A stretch of 64,000 nt of DNA from Marsupella aquatica (lineage: Eukaryota > Plantae > Marchantiophyta): contig OZ316896.1 in NCBI GenBank assembly GCA_973895155.1, positions 18,526,754 through 18,590,753 on the forward strand, in the 5' to 3' direction. The notes under the pieces are model-generated. The model searched no databases. It saw only the letters and a program-made list of their open reading frames with translations, and was not told the origin of the DNA. This document shows, piece by piece, positions 38,532 through 51,731 of this stretch; positions within the stretch are counted from its first letter, which is position 1, and every line of letters begins with the position of its first letter. Position numbers and translations under genes: made by a program.

Positions 38532-41500
38532 GAAGGGATTGAAGCTGCCTGAGCTAGAAGATGTTGTGGATAACTGGCGTTAGAAACAAATTCGGAGTGT
38601 CAACGTTACCTGTTTGGGTATCTTCGTCATCAACAAGCAGCAGAAGAAGGTAAACCTTGTTGTTTATATGGAGTTTGTCCGTTGTTACTTGGCTCTAACT
38701 CAAGTCCAGTACTGTAGTTGGGGCTTGGACACCTACTTGCCACCCAGGAAAGTGCTAGTTTGTTCAAGATGGACGTAAAATTGGAGGTATTAAAACATGC
38801 ACCTCCATTTGAGCCAATTTGGCATGCTTTCAGATTTAGAGCAGGCTTTCTGAGCAGCCATCCTCTCATTGGCCAGTTTACCTGCACTACGAGATCATGT
38901 GAGTATCTACGGAGGGCTTCCTATACTGGGAGATTCTCGGGTCATCGGTCAAACGTGACGGACTTTATGAATCCTTTAACAAGGAAACTCCATTCAAGGT
39001 TCTTTGGCAGTGAGCAGAAAGAAAGTAATTTTTGATAAGGATTTGGCCGCCTGATAGTAAAGACTGGGGATGAAATGGTGAACAAACCATCAGCCTTGAT
39101 ATTCCTTCTCAGGCTCGAGGCACTGGTAAAATTTCCCAGATATCGCTAGTATACACGCTAGTATATCGCGAAATCTAGTCGTTGATTTTGACCGATGCAC
39201 AGTTCTCAGTCTACGACAACAGGCCAGTCGTATGAGGTGAGTGTGAAATCCGATCACCCTGGAAAGTTCTTATATGATAAGTATGCCCTCTCAATAGCTC
39301 CGCTCTTCTTCAAAGCCCAAATGCGTTGCCTTCGTTACACTGTTCTACTTAGGATGGCCAAGCTCTTGAGTTGTGAATGACTTGGTTTTTCCTGTTCACT
39401 GCTCTCTAATCTCTAATCTCTAATCAGTAATTCGCTGGTGATGGATACAGAAAGATTGTCATTGGCACGTATATAGACGAATGAGCTAATCCAGAGTACT
39501 GATAGATATGGTCATCATTTGTGTTTGGTATGTGACCTAGTCAAATTTCAAATTAACCAATGATAACTAACATTTCTGCCAACCAGTTGGAAATGTGCAA
39601 TTCCCTTAGCTTCCCACATTCCCACTTAAAATGCGCTTCCCAGCAACACAAATTGATCTACATAAAACTTGGCAATACATTACCTTCAATCTGGCTTCAG
39701 TGGCTCATTCTACCCGATAGTAGAGTCAGACAGTCATAGGTTCTCACGTCCGACTGTAGGCAATGTATATGTGCAATGCAGGCAGTGGGAGATGGTAAAA
39801 TTCGATTTAAAACCTCTCTACTTCTACTTTACAGTCACTGTCAAGCAAGAGAATTTGATGTTACTCAATTTGTGTCGCGTTACTTCAGCTGAGGTTTGGA
39901 ATCTCATCCTTAGAGCCAGTACCGCTACAAGAACGATCAGTGGAGTAAACAGCCACCTTTCTGTTAGTTACTTTTGAGACGTGCCAAAAGTGGAGCAAGG
40001 TTATGAAGAGTTAAGCAAGAATTATTTGATGCACTTCAAGGAGTGTGTGAGACTCAATGCCACACCTTTCAAATTATTCAACCGTAAAATGCAGTTTGTT
40101 ACTTAGTATCACATGGAAAGGAGGCACAACAGTTGGAATATATTGAGCAACTCCATCTACTACTTAGTGCATGAATGTTTTCATTCTTTTTAAGCAAGAG
40201 CTTCGATGCCTTCCTACAGTAGTCGTCCAGAACCATTATCACGCATAGCTTCGATGCCTTCCTTCAGTAGTCGTCCAGAACCATTATCAAGCATCCCGCG
40301 TAGCTCGATGCAGGATATAATAATATGGTTTCAGATGGCTTTCTCAGTTCAGAGCAATATCCAGTGGTGTATCCAAATTTGTGAGGGTAGCGGGGAGATC
40401 AATTCATCTAGAGTATTTACAATAAATTCGATAATCTGATTCCAAACAATTAGCTTTATCTTGTGTAGGCTTAAGAAGCCCTAGGCCACTCCAACGGGCC
40501 TATCAATCTAAGATGCCCTTCAATTTCTTTCTAGCTGTACTCCGCTTTTTCAAGTTCAACAATCCAACAAGAGAGTTCCTCAAAATCTAGTTTCAGAAAA
40601 TCCGGAAATCTACAATTCGAACGCCGACTGAGAACAGTTGGTTACAAAGAAATCGCAATCTTCTCGGAGTACAGAATGAACAAGTTCCAGGAACTGTGCT
40701 CGGATTGTGATTCCCCCAGTCGACCACTCCGGATGGGACAGCACAACAGTGTTGGAACCCATGCTGTAAGATCTCCTTTCCACCAGTCTTAATTTCCAGA
40801 CCTCTTTACTCTTATCTATCCGAATTGCTCCGTTGCCTATGGTACCTTTTCGAGCATTCGTCTCTTGCTCCTGAGAATTGACAAGCACTCCTTTCCAGCA
40901 GCTCCGTCTTCTATTTACACACTGTGAATTACACTAGGAACGAAAGAGAGGACTGCTGTAGCGACTGTTCCTGCAGACTGAATGCGCGTTAGTCACTGGA
41001 TGCACAGCATGGACTACCCCATGCTTTCAAACCGGAACAATCTGATTGAATTCTTCCACCCACGCACTTTATTGCTGACTACCTTAGGTGAACGAAAGCA
41101 TGGATTCTTGAAAGTTTCTAGGATTGATTGAGTTGATTGTAAAAGTAGTCATCACTGCTTTCAATTATTTGGGAAACCTTTTTCCCTTGAAAAGGCTGCC
41201 AGTGACAAACTGGTGCATTAATGTACTAATCCAATCTTATCCAAACTACGGTAATAAAAGATATCCTTACAAACTGACATTTGAGCCAGAACAATAATGA
41301 TGGATCTCGAGCTTTTCTCACCCATGGTCTCCTCACAAACTGACATTTTGGCGAGAACAAACCCAGGCTGTTAAATTCCCTTACTCATTTTCCCTGATGA
41401 TGAGATTTGGCAAAATGACGTCTCTTGGCCCCTCTAGCCTGTGCAGTCACCGTCCCCCATAAAGAAATCTCCCCATATGCTTCTTCCCCCTTCTGTTTTA

Positions 41501-41570
41501 ACACTTTTTTGTTTCGACAATACTTTCCGCAACAACAACACGGCTACAATGACAAAAACAATCCCAACAG

Positions 41571-41678
41571 CGACTATGCAACGCAAGCACGTTGGGCTGT
41601 AGTAACTGAGACATTGCTGCACCTCGATTATGCAACGCAAGCACGTTGGGATATAGTGGTTGAGGCATTGCTGCACCT
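41571..41678. repeat. 54-bp tandem duplication
   Basis: CGA(C/T)TATGCAACGCAAGCACGTTGGG...CATTGCTGCACCT appears twice head-to-tail. Confidence 0.8.
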
Positions 41679-42544
41679 CTTTATCTCAATGACTTAATTT
41701 AGTCTTGGAAATTTCTCGGTTTTCCCGTGTGTAACAATTTCTTCTTTGTGGGTTCAATGTATGCTCCAGGAATTGGCCGATCACTGGAAAGTATGGACGG
41801 GGACGGGGACTGTGCGAGCGGGAGGAAGAAACCTCCATTCCAACGCGCATTTTTACTAGTTCTTTTGCACATGTTTTTGAGTGTGCATCGACTCGTACGC
41901 AACAGAGAGGCTACGGAACAAGAGTCTGTCAACTTGGCTAGGTTGCCTGCAAGGTGAGTGCATCGTCGCTGCGCTGCAAGGTCGCATTGCAGGTCGAATG
42001 TCCATTGCCTGCCTCCGCCTGTACGGACGCTAATCGAAAGGGGCGAGGGCGGGGGGAACTGCCGTTTTCCTAAACGTGCCCATCAAGTCTTGGAGCAGCT
42101 TTATTGAAAGTTATAGGATAGCATGCAAGTATGTGTAAGCAGGGAACCTACCGAGTTACGCCCAATTATAGGTTTCTCGTAGCTATCCTGCCCAGGGCGA
42201 GATATGGCCAGGTGGAGGCCAATGCTGTGGGCTGCGACGAATGGACATTTGGACGGGTGAGTGAGGCTAAAAGGAGTAGAGTACTTTGTGAGAATCTAGA
42301 GTTTGACCACTCCCTCCAGAATCGCAAAATTGGGGAATTGAGTCAGTTGTGGAAATCATTGACCGCAGTCAATGCCTACATGTGTCACATCTGGCGAGTT
42401 GTAGTTGTATTTTTCACCAAAAATCTGAAGAAATTTGCATGGGAGTTGTTTGACCAGTTCCAATGTGAGTTGGACAAATTTCCAAGCTTCGTCGCAACGT
42501 TAACACAGTTGGATGCCATATGTCAACTAAGCAACTCTCTGAGT

Positions 42545-42960
42545 GAACTCATATTTTGCTTCTGGGTTGAGAGGGATTTTGTAAGATTTCCCGAAGATTT
42601 ACCCCATGAATACAGGCAAAATTAGTATTCAGGAATACCAAGCTCATATTCTGCTTCTTCTTATTGCGGGGTTGAGAGGAAAATTTGTTCTTATTGCGGG
42701 GTTGAGAGGGAATTTGTAAAATTTTCCTGAAGATTTCCCCCACGAATACAGGCAAAAGTAGTATTCAGGCATACCGAATTCGTATTTTGCTTCTTCGTAT
42801 TGCAGTGAGGGATTTGGCAAGATTTTCCCCATGAATACAGGCAAGTAGTACTCAGGAGCACCCTCTGAACTCATATCTGGCTTCTTCGTATTGCAGGGCG
42901 TTGAGGAAGATTTTGCAAGGTTTTCCCCGTGGATACAGGCAAAGTAGCGTTCGGGAATAA
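42545..42960. repeat. Degenerate tandem repeat, ~90-140-bp units, about 4 copies
   Basis: Recurrent blocks CTCATATT.TGCTTC, GTTGAGAGG and CCCCATGAATACAGGCAA..TAGTATTCAGGA. Confidence 0.7.
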
Positions 42961-43838
42961 GCTCCTCTCGGGAACTCTTCAGGAATACCCTCCTTTTTCC
43001 TATTGAATAATTGGGAACCGCCGACATTTCATGATGCAAGGCTATGCATGCGGGGGTTCTACGAGGATTCTGTGTGATCTATATAGCAAGGGCTCAGCTC
43101 CTTTCCAATCTGGGCTGACTCGTTCAGTCCCGAGACGACAGTCTGGATAATTGCAGGTTTTGAAATTAATAAGGAAATATTCCTTGAAAAAGCTTTCTTC
43201 TCGAAAGTTTTCTGTATGAGTCAACGACCACAAAATCGGTGCCCCACCAAAAGGCAGGGCTTTGCTAAATGTCGTTGACCGAGGTCCTCCTCCCTCAAAG
43301 GATGTGCAGCTGGACGTGAGTGGAAGACTTCGTCACCTTGACCTTTCATGCATGTCAGCATAACAAAGCTGAATTCACCCTACCTAGCCCGACTTGCCAG
43401 CAAAATTGTGTGGAAGGAGAACAGATACGCCTCTCGTAACAGGACGATGGCTATTTCCATCCGAATCAACTTTCTGTGCCGACCAAATTGCTCACCAGAA
43501 CGCGACGAGACTGTTCCAGCACTGTGATTGAATTCTTTGCAAATCTAAAGGGATGCCAGGCAAGACAAGTTCTGGAGTCCTCGCCTGACTGGACTGCTTG
43601 CTCTTGCTAACTTATCTAAAGGGATGACAGGGGAGAGGGAGACAAGTTCACGGGTACTCTTCTTAGTGGTCTGCTCGCTTCCCCAGAATAACTAAACCTA
43701 GAGCTACTTAGATTCCAACACAAAATTCGACAGAACAAGCTGCTTGAAGTGAGACCAAAGTTAAAGTCGACCGACTTTGAAGTCCGAATCTGTGATTCAC
43801 TGAATCACTGTGAACCGTTTTCTGTAGCTAAAGTAGCA

Positions 43839-44070
43839 CTTCGCCAACAACCTTCCCACACCCGATTCGCGGGGCCCGACCAAGAACGAGTCACTGCTTA
43901 CAGTACATGATCCTATACAAGCAGCGGAACAGTCATGAAACTTACGAGCATTTCTGTAAAACTAATTCTTCGCCAACAACCCCTCACATCCAATTTGCGG
44001 GGCCCTGTCGAGACCGAGTCTACTGCTTACAGTACAGAATTCTATTCAAGCAGCGGAACAGTCATGAAAC
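43839..44070. repeat. ~130-bp diverged tandem duplication
   Basis: CTTCGCCAACAACC...GCGGGGCCC...CTGCTTACAGTACA...CAAGCAGCGGAACAGTCATGAAAC occurs at ~43839-43941 and ~43968-44070. Confidence 0.75.
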
Positions 44071-45138
44071 GCATGATGCGTGGTCCCCAAAGGCAGATTT
44101 TTCTCCACAGAAAAGGTGGTGATTTTTTTGTCAGTGTAGACACTCATAGCACAAGGGCGGGTGAGTGCATCTTCCAAAAGATACGAGAGATAAAGATGAC
44201 TGACAGCTCGTCCATGAATCTTCTCTGTCCTTATGCAGCTGACAACAGTGAAGTTCACCTATCTGCTGCTTTTTTGGGGTTCCCCTGTCAAATGTCTGTG
44301 TGGTCTTACCTAAGGGACAAACCTTTTCTAAAGTTCCACGGTCCCACCAATGTGGAAAAGTATGCGTACAAGTACCGTACTACAGTACAATCATGGTCAG
44401 ATGGTACAGTTGAAGTGTCAACTGCGAATTGTAGTTCGGGCAAAAAGCAAAAACTGACCCTTAGTTCGTGTAAAAGAACCTTCACTCACAGAGAGGTACC
44501 AGTAAGGGTGGCTTTACAAGAACTTGGGGGCAGCTGTTCCTGTTTTCCAAAGTGTGAGATGCAATCCCATTCATATGTGGGAATAGGTCACACTTTACAT
44601 GAACTTGGGGGCACAGTCAAACAAAACCATTAGGGAGCTTAGGGCCGTTTTGCATGTACATCGGCCCTCAAGAATGCGGCCTTTCACAAAGCGAAACTTA
44701 CACAGAATCAGGGATTTGGTTTAACAACTCGATCCTCCCGTGTGCTGAGGGGCTCGTGTCCACCTCTGTTGTTATGTGCCGCTTAGTTTACCGGGAGCAA
44801 TAGAGGGGATTGAGGCTGCCATTGTCGTATGTGCAGATCAAAGGTCAGGACTGTGAAGGGCTGCAAGGTTTGCGTGCCTTGCCCTTCCAAGTCCTAGTTT
44901 AGTGCCGTCAAGACGGCCTCGTTCAGGGGGCAGTTTTGTTCACTCAGGGGCTGCCACCGTTTGTCTCAAAGGCCGTTTTTTGAAGGACCGTCTACATGCA
45001 AGACGGCCCTTAGTCTTTTGGTTTTTGTGGGATACTCCTTGACTTGTTGGATCTCTTTGGTCTTCTTGGGATCTATCCCTTCCTGACTTTATTGGGTTCT
45101 TTTGTCTTAGGGACCATGTCTCCTGGTTTGGTATTCCT

Positions 45139-45222
45139 GTCTTTTTGGTAGTGTGATATATATTAGGGAACCTAGTCATCGTCTTTTTGGTAGTGTGATA
45201 TATATTAGGGAACCTAGTCATC
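45139..45222. repeat. Perfect 42-bp tandem duplication
   Basis: GTCTTTTTGGTAGTGTGATATATATTAGGGAACCTAGTCATC appears twice. Confidence 0.85.
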
Positions 45223-47695
45223 TTACAGTGGGCCTCTTGTGGGTCCCTTTTTTTCCTGATGTGTGCATGCTTTTTTGTCCAAAAGTTAGACCTCCTCTTG
45301 AGGTGGGTCTAAAAAACTGGAGCAAACAGCTGCATGTTTTCAGGGAATTGCATTGATTACTTCCACATTGTGGCTGAGGCATTTTAACTTTTGTGCAAGG
45401 AAATGGTCATCAGCTTTGCTTTGGATGGGGAGACATTGAAGGGCCCCCACTTCTTGTAAATCCCCCCTAAGTAGAAACCACCAGGGGGTCTGAAACGTCA
45501 CAATTTTATGGACTTTAATCTAGCAATCTTAACTTTTCTGACAGAAAAAGCTATGAACTACTCAATTCACAACCCATAACTTTTTGCCATAAAGATTGGT
45601 CATATGCCATGACAACAAATGGCTGTAAATTTAGTATCTAAAAGTTCAGAGGCTAGTGAAAAATAATAATTTAGAGAACCCTCTGAAAAAGCTATGTTTA
45701 TGGCTTTTGTCATCTGGAACTTTGAAGCTTTGAGAAGCCCTATTGTATCATTGCAGAGTACATAGACCTTGTCCCTTGGTTTCTATCATCACGGTCTTCT
45801 TTAGATAGTAGTACATTGTGTCGAGCCAAGAACTTATCCCTTGGTTTCTATCATCAGTCTTCTTTAGATAGCAAGTGTTTATAGTATAATTAGAGAGAGC
45901 TCAGGCATTTGCTATACTTTGTAAGGGTGAACCGGTTGATTTCAGAGACTCTAGAGTCAGATTCATGAAGGGTTCAGGCATTCACTGTTTTTAGTGAGGG
46001 TAAGCTGGTTCCTAGAGTTTCTAGTCCAAGTTCCTGTGTAGAACTTATGCACTGAAGGGTTGAGGCATTCACTATTCTTAGTGAGGGTGAGTTGAGGCAT
46101 CCACTATTTCTCGTGAGGGTGAGCTGGTTGGTCTTAGTGTCTAGTGAAGTTCATGTGCATGGACCTATTGTTCAGTTTGTAATCATTGGTTTTTTTGTTT
46201 CTTCTTGTTGTGATGGGGGACTTTAGTTCTGTGGTGTGCCTGGCTTTTCCCTTGTTGTCCCCGTTCATTGGGTCTCTTGCCCCCTATACTGTGTTCTCGT
46301 GCCTGTGGGATCGCTTTCGGAGCGTGTCTGTCAGTGTGAGATGTATTATATTCAAGATCAGAAATCCAACTTGACAAAATTTTCCCATCAAATCCCAGTG
46401 ATAAATTGCTGTTAGCATATCTTCTTTCAGCAGGCTGCAAGATTCTGTCGCAAACGACGGACCTACTAATTCTGTCCCGCTGGTGCTGGACTTGTATAAA
46501 ATGGTACTCACCGTCTTGGATCCTATGCAGTAACGACATTGCAACTGAGTGTAGGACGCTGCTGCGTATTGAGTACCGACAGGAGACATGACTAAACAAG
46601 ATTGAATGATGGATATGGTAGAGTATGTCAATTTCGAATGTGATTCTCTTCGTTCATCTTTCAGCTAGAAGAACACGACAACATAGAGAAACAAAGTGAT
46701 TCTGTTGACGAAATTCGCACATTTCCACCCGACGGTCAGGCACAAGCAAACATAACTATGTGAAGCCTAGGACTTCCTGGTTTACTGATGGGGAAGGCAT
46801 CTAATCTTAAAAGAAACACCTGTAGTATCACATCATGAGACTCCCTCGGTGTCCACGACCCCCAACCCTTAAAGAAGGGCTAGATATGTATCTCAGGAAC
46901 AGACAACAGACATTGTGCGCATGAAATGAATTTCATTTTTACCGCTAGACCAACTTGACCTACCAGCTCTTCGATTGTTCCGGAGATGGAAAGACCGCCG
47001 AATTGACTACAGAGGTAGCTTAGCCGAACACGCGAAGATCTTGTTGCCTGCTCAGTAAAGACCTCCCAAACTAGTATCTGGGAGAACATTGATTACAAAT
47101 GTGTACATGGCCCAATTGGTGGGGTCAGATCTTTGATATATAGTAGCTAATAACATAGCTACGATGTCTTAATCAAACTATCATTCCCGAGAAACAATTA
47201 AATCCACCTACAATAGTGCATTACCACCTTCACATGGATATTCACGGCGAAGAATTGAATGTATCGGCGCGCGAAGAAAAAATTCGCGCGACGGACTGAA
47301 CTGCCACATTCGTTGTGGGCCATGTCGCCGATTAATCCTGGGTAAAACTTATACCGAGATATCGAGTAGTTCCTGGACTGTCCCTCAAGACTTCTAAATT
47401 CATCTCCAGGAAAACTAGGCTGAATTGAAAGAGCAAATCTTCTCACCCTTTAGCTTAAGCCAGCAGGGACGAGGAATCGGACGACCTTTGTCATCATGCG
47501 TGCTCTCCACCAATCCGGGAACTGGGATTGACCTCGATTTGTAGCCACGAGCAAAAGGCGTCGCAACGCAATAGGCTCTATGATGTGCTGCTTCGATAAC
47601 TGCACAATGAATCCCAGCAATCCACACGGCGAAAACCCTGCAAGCCTGGTCTGTTGGATGATCTGAGACAAATTCTTTGCCTTCTCCCGTCAAGT

Positions 47696-48181
47696 TCACG
47701 AATATGCCCTTAATTCGCCCAAATGATTGTCATCTACAATCCGCTCCATCTCTTCCCAGTCCTCATCAACACTCGTACGTTCCACTCGAGCGTACATCAA
47801 CGTGCAGCTATTGAGGTAAACAGATCCCCGCAAATTTTTCGGACACCGTTCCCCGAGCTGCACTCGGGCTGAGACAATGCAGGCATAACATTCCTCTATG
47901 TTCTTCATGTCTTTGGAAGGAATACACCCAGCAGATCCAACTACATCTTGGCCCCCGTCTCCCGTCGTTTGACACATCAGGTCCCAGCTCGCGTGCGTCA
48001 TAATGTCAACCTCCATACCATTCAGCACCTCCTGCACCTTCTCTTGATACAGCACCGAGACCTCCGTCGTGTCCGCGCTGCAAGACCAAGCCTCGAGAGA
48101 CTCATCGCCTCTCACTGGCAACAAAGCACGAATGTAGCACAGGGTGCCAAGCAAGACCGCGATCCGTTGCACCATCCTCAT
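47696..48181 (-). CDS. Secreted single-domain DUF26/Gnk2-like (ginkbilobin-2-like) cysteine-rich protein
   Basis: Intronless ORF with a signal-peptide-like start MRMVQRIAVLLGTLCYIRALLPVRG, then WSCS, YQEKVQEVLNGM and VGSAGCIPSKDMKNIEECYACIVSARVQLGERCPKNLRGSVYLNSCTLMY. This matches the Gnk2 Cys pattern (C-Xn-C-X2-C...C...C..Y). An acidic tail follows. Confidence 0.78.
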   Translation of the reverse strand: MRMVQRIAVLLGTLCYIRALLPVRGDESLEAWSCSADTTEVSVLYQEKVQEVLNGMEVDIMTHASWDLMCQTTGDGGQDVVGSAGCIPSKDMKNIEECYACIVSARVQLGERCPKNLRGSVYLNSCTLMYARVERTSVDEDWEEMERIVDDNHLGELRAYS

Positions 48182-50454
48182 ATCTTCTGTGAGGTACACC
48201 TCAGTCACTCAGGTTTCTAATCTAATGGCACAAATTCCACCCTGCCAGGCAAATTAGCCTAGTCACGAAGTCTTCGGCGGTATCTTAGAACTGCTGATTG
48301 ATAAGAACGTGACTGTCCTTCACCGATAGTAACACATAACCCACGTAAACCTCTCAGAACTGAGACTAATGCTCACAATCGTGACAAATAACTTCAGTGG
48401 TGATGATCAGAGGAGAGCGGGAGACAAACGATTTCATAACTGCGATTGCACGATGCGAGATGCTTCAAGGAGCATATCTCTCTGCGTCCTCTGCCCCGCC
48501 ATTCACTCCTCTCGTCCTTTGCGAACTAGATCCAGTTGTAGCGAGGAAACACCGAGAACAGTCACCACACTACTGTGTCATATAATCAAGATGAATTGAA
48601 AGTGGGCAGCGCGTGCTGGCAAAGAAACGAAGGGCGATTGTGCGGGTTGATACCAAACGAATGCGAACACCGCATCCTTTGGGCCCTGCTTTATTCGGTG
48701 CACCTCTCCTCTACCGTTATTGAGGCAAGAACTGTAGATTGACAGACCACTCACGGTGCGGAAGATCCGGAACTAGCGTAGGCCCCGTAATCCCCGTAAT
48801 CCCCGTCCCGAATTCTACCTGCTTCGGACATGAACAATGCCGCAGCTCCGAAGTCCGAACGTGCAGTGAAGAACGCCAGAGTGCCGACGATGAAATCATG
48901 TCAACCGCCAACAAACGAGGCCGCCGAAAGCGGGAGAGTTCCGACGATGTAAATATAGAACGTTCATATCCGCAAGAAATTCCGCAGCGCCGCAAGACTC
49001 GGAGCAATCGGGCGCTGACAGAGAGAAAACAAACGAGAACGAATGATTGCAAACAAACGTCGAGTCGAAGACAAGAGGGCAGAGGCGAAGAAACGATCCA
49101 ATTATCTTCGTGGTCGTTGAGAAAACTCGCTCGACCACAGGCGACGGGGGACTGTGGTCGACAGAACGGTAGGAAGCGCAGTAGGTACTGTCGTAGGTAG
49201 GATACCGTTTGCCACTGCATGACTGCAGTTAGTGATTTCGTGCACCCGAGTAATTAATTCGGCGAATATTCAGAACACACTGAGTACGAGGTAAGCGGTC
49301 ACAATGACTCACTAATTAATGTCTCTCGTGTCTAATTGGATGTGTTTTAATAGGCTGTTTCAAAGCTTCATATCCTTGTCTAATTGGGTGTGTTTTAAAA
49401 GGGTATCTCGCTGTGTCAAGGTTCGGGATGGTGTGTGTTTTAATAGGGTATCTCACATTGTCAAGGTTCTGGATGATGTGGGTTAGGGTTTTGGCCATAG
49501 CTTTTCAGAGGGTTATGCAAAAGTTTTCTTTTTCACTAGCCTCTACACAACGATGATTTATGGTCCATGAGATTTTGAGGTTTGAGACCCCCTACGAATT
49601 ATAACATTTTCTTTTGCTAAATACCACTACTTGCTACCATTTTTAATGATTATCACAATGTCACTATTTCTCTCACAATATATCTTATGGTCTTGACATT
49701 GGTGCTTCACATAAGTCCATAATTCAATGGTTTTCATTGCACTTGGGTTAAATTCACACACCTCCACTACTGATCCTGGTGCACATTTCACCCTTGCCTC
49801 CCTATTTCTCAAATAATCTAGTAACACCAATGGTGCAATCTACTCTGAGGGTGATGGGAAATGTCAGATTCTCGAATGTGGCAATCTGAAGGTCATAGGA
49901 TATTTTGTGGTTAACCGAGGTTAAAACTCAGCCCATGGAAAACGTGTGGTTGTGTAATTCATCTTTAAAAGGTGGTAAGTCCTTATTTTGGCCTAAAGGC
50001 TGTGGCAATCTAGTAAAAGTTTAAATTATATTATAGGGACTGGCAAGGGGACTGAAAACTACTTTTCACCATCATGGTCTATAGTGAAGCTCCTCTTTAT
50101 TTATGTGAACAACTGATGTCAATATTGTCAGCCTAGTTCAAAACTCTTTGCTAGCTGATAGCAATCTCACCTAAAATTCAGTCTAGAGGGGTCTTGGGTA
50201 CTAAGATGCAATTGTCTTTTGTTTAACAAAGAAGAGGAACCCTGCCCTTGGGGAAGTGCCGTGCAACTAGCACAAACCCTCCTGAGGGGAAAAACCCTCA
50301 ATTTTACCAATAATGGGAGAAATATACAAAAGCCTGACACATATCATGGGTCTTGTATACATGGAAGTTATGTAGCATAGCCTAATGAAGGGAGCTTTGA
50401 CGTACATGTATCTTTCAATGTATGCATGCATTAGTCAAATAATAGCCAAGAGAG

Positions 50455-51731
50455 ATGGAAATAACAAGGCAATCAACAATGATTGCACCTGTCATATTAG
50501 ATGACAATTCATGCCTTCGTGTCTTGCATCCTGAACAATATGCAAAGTCAAAATTTGTCGAAACAACTTGCAACGAGTTTCGAACCAAACTCTTTCATTT
50601 CAACAATGTAATTATCATGTGTTCAATCCCTTTTCAATACAAGGCTCTCCACTTGTCTGGCTAGCATGTTGCATACACAACACCCTATACTTCACATGAC
50701 TTCCACTAGATGTGCATTTGAGTACAATGAAATTTGCTTAGTGTTGCATTTGTTTTAGAAACATTGAGGAGAATTGTTGATATGAATTACTATATTCACT
50801 ATGGAGACTATTCTTTGTGTAGTAAATGTTGTTGATGAATTCCGATGAAAGCCATAGAAAGTCAACAAAGTAGCTTATTGTCAATAAAGAATAAATGATG
50901 TTTTCAGTTATTTTTGCACTCCACTCGTATCTAGTTTCTTATGTTTAAAAACAAGTGTAGAAGTCGTCCATCATTGGAACACTGAGGACAGTTATGAAGT
51001 GTGGAAGATAACAATAATTCTGGAGAATTCATATTAAATTGATTGCTTTTTTACTATAATTGAGTGCACTGTCTGCACATGCACAGTTAGTGAAGCAGCT
51101 GTTGGGTCAAGTGAAAGAACAAGCAGAAAAAATAGATATGGTGAAGGTTCAAGCAATCGGTACACGTAATATGGTCTCTATTGAAGTGGAAACTAGGACG
51201 AAAAAGTTGCACGACCAAAATGATATGATTGTTGATAAACAAGAGCAACTTGAGGTACATCATTTATCTTCATGAAAATCTCTGAGATGTTCAATTGCTT
51301 TGTACCCTTGCAGATTTTCATTTTATTTTGTGGTTATAATTCAAACAAACAGAAAAGTGAAGAAAAATGGTAGGCGGTCTGATGCCAAGCATGATTTTTA
51401 GTATGGAACAGAAGCTTATACATATAATTGATTATAACTAGATGGCATCACCGTTTATGAAAATCAATAATTTGGATCCATTGATGAGTTCCTTTTGAAT
51501 ACACAGATAGTTTATGAGAGATCAATTAAATAAAGTATTTGTTTAGTTTTGGTCAATAATCGTCACTACTAGTCATTGCCAAGGATATTTGTGTACAATT
51601 CTCACTTCAACAAGTGGTGTTTCATTTTTGAGTGACAGAGGCTAAAGATTGAATTGAAGTCATTGGCCATGGTTAAGCAAGAACAAGAAGTTCTGATTGC
51701 CCGATTGTCAGAGTCAAGTGTCCCAGCATAG
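50455..51731 (+). CDS. IFT20: Intraflagellar transport protein 20 (3 exons, 137 aa)
   Basis: Phase-0 GT-AG exons 50455-50607, 51087-51254 and 51639-51731. The spliced protein has ILDDNSCLRVLHPE...CNEF, QAEKIDMVKVQAIGTRN and KQEQLE/RLKIELKSLAMVKQEQEVLIARL, matching the IFT20 coiled-coil signature. Confidence 0.9.

Noticed and set aside
38718-39080. F-box-associated-domain pseudogene (NPLTRK motif)
   Set aside because: A single short motif is insufficient evidence.
43935-44633. 232-aa ORF
   Set aside because: No recognisable domain, and it starts within a tandem duplication and runs toward repeat-derived DNA. It cannot be supported without expression data.
48717-49220. Overlapping 167-aa and 153-aa ORFs on opposite strands
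   Set aside because: No domain; more likely GC-rich leader or promoter sequence of the DUF26 gene.
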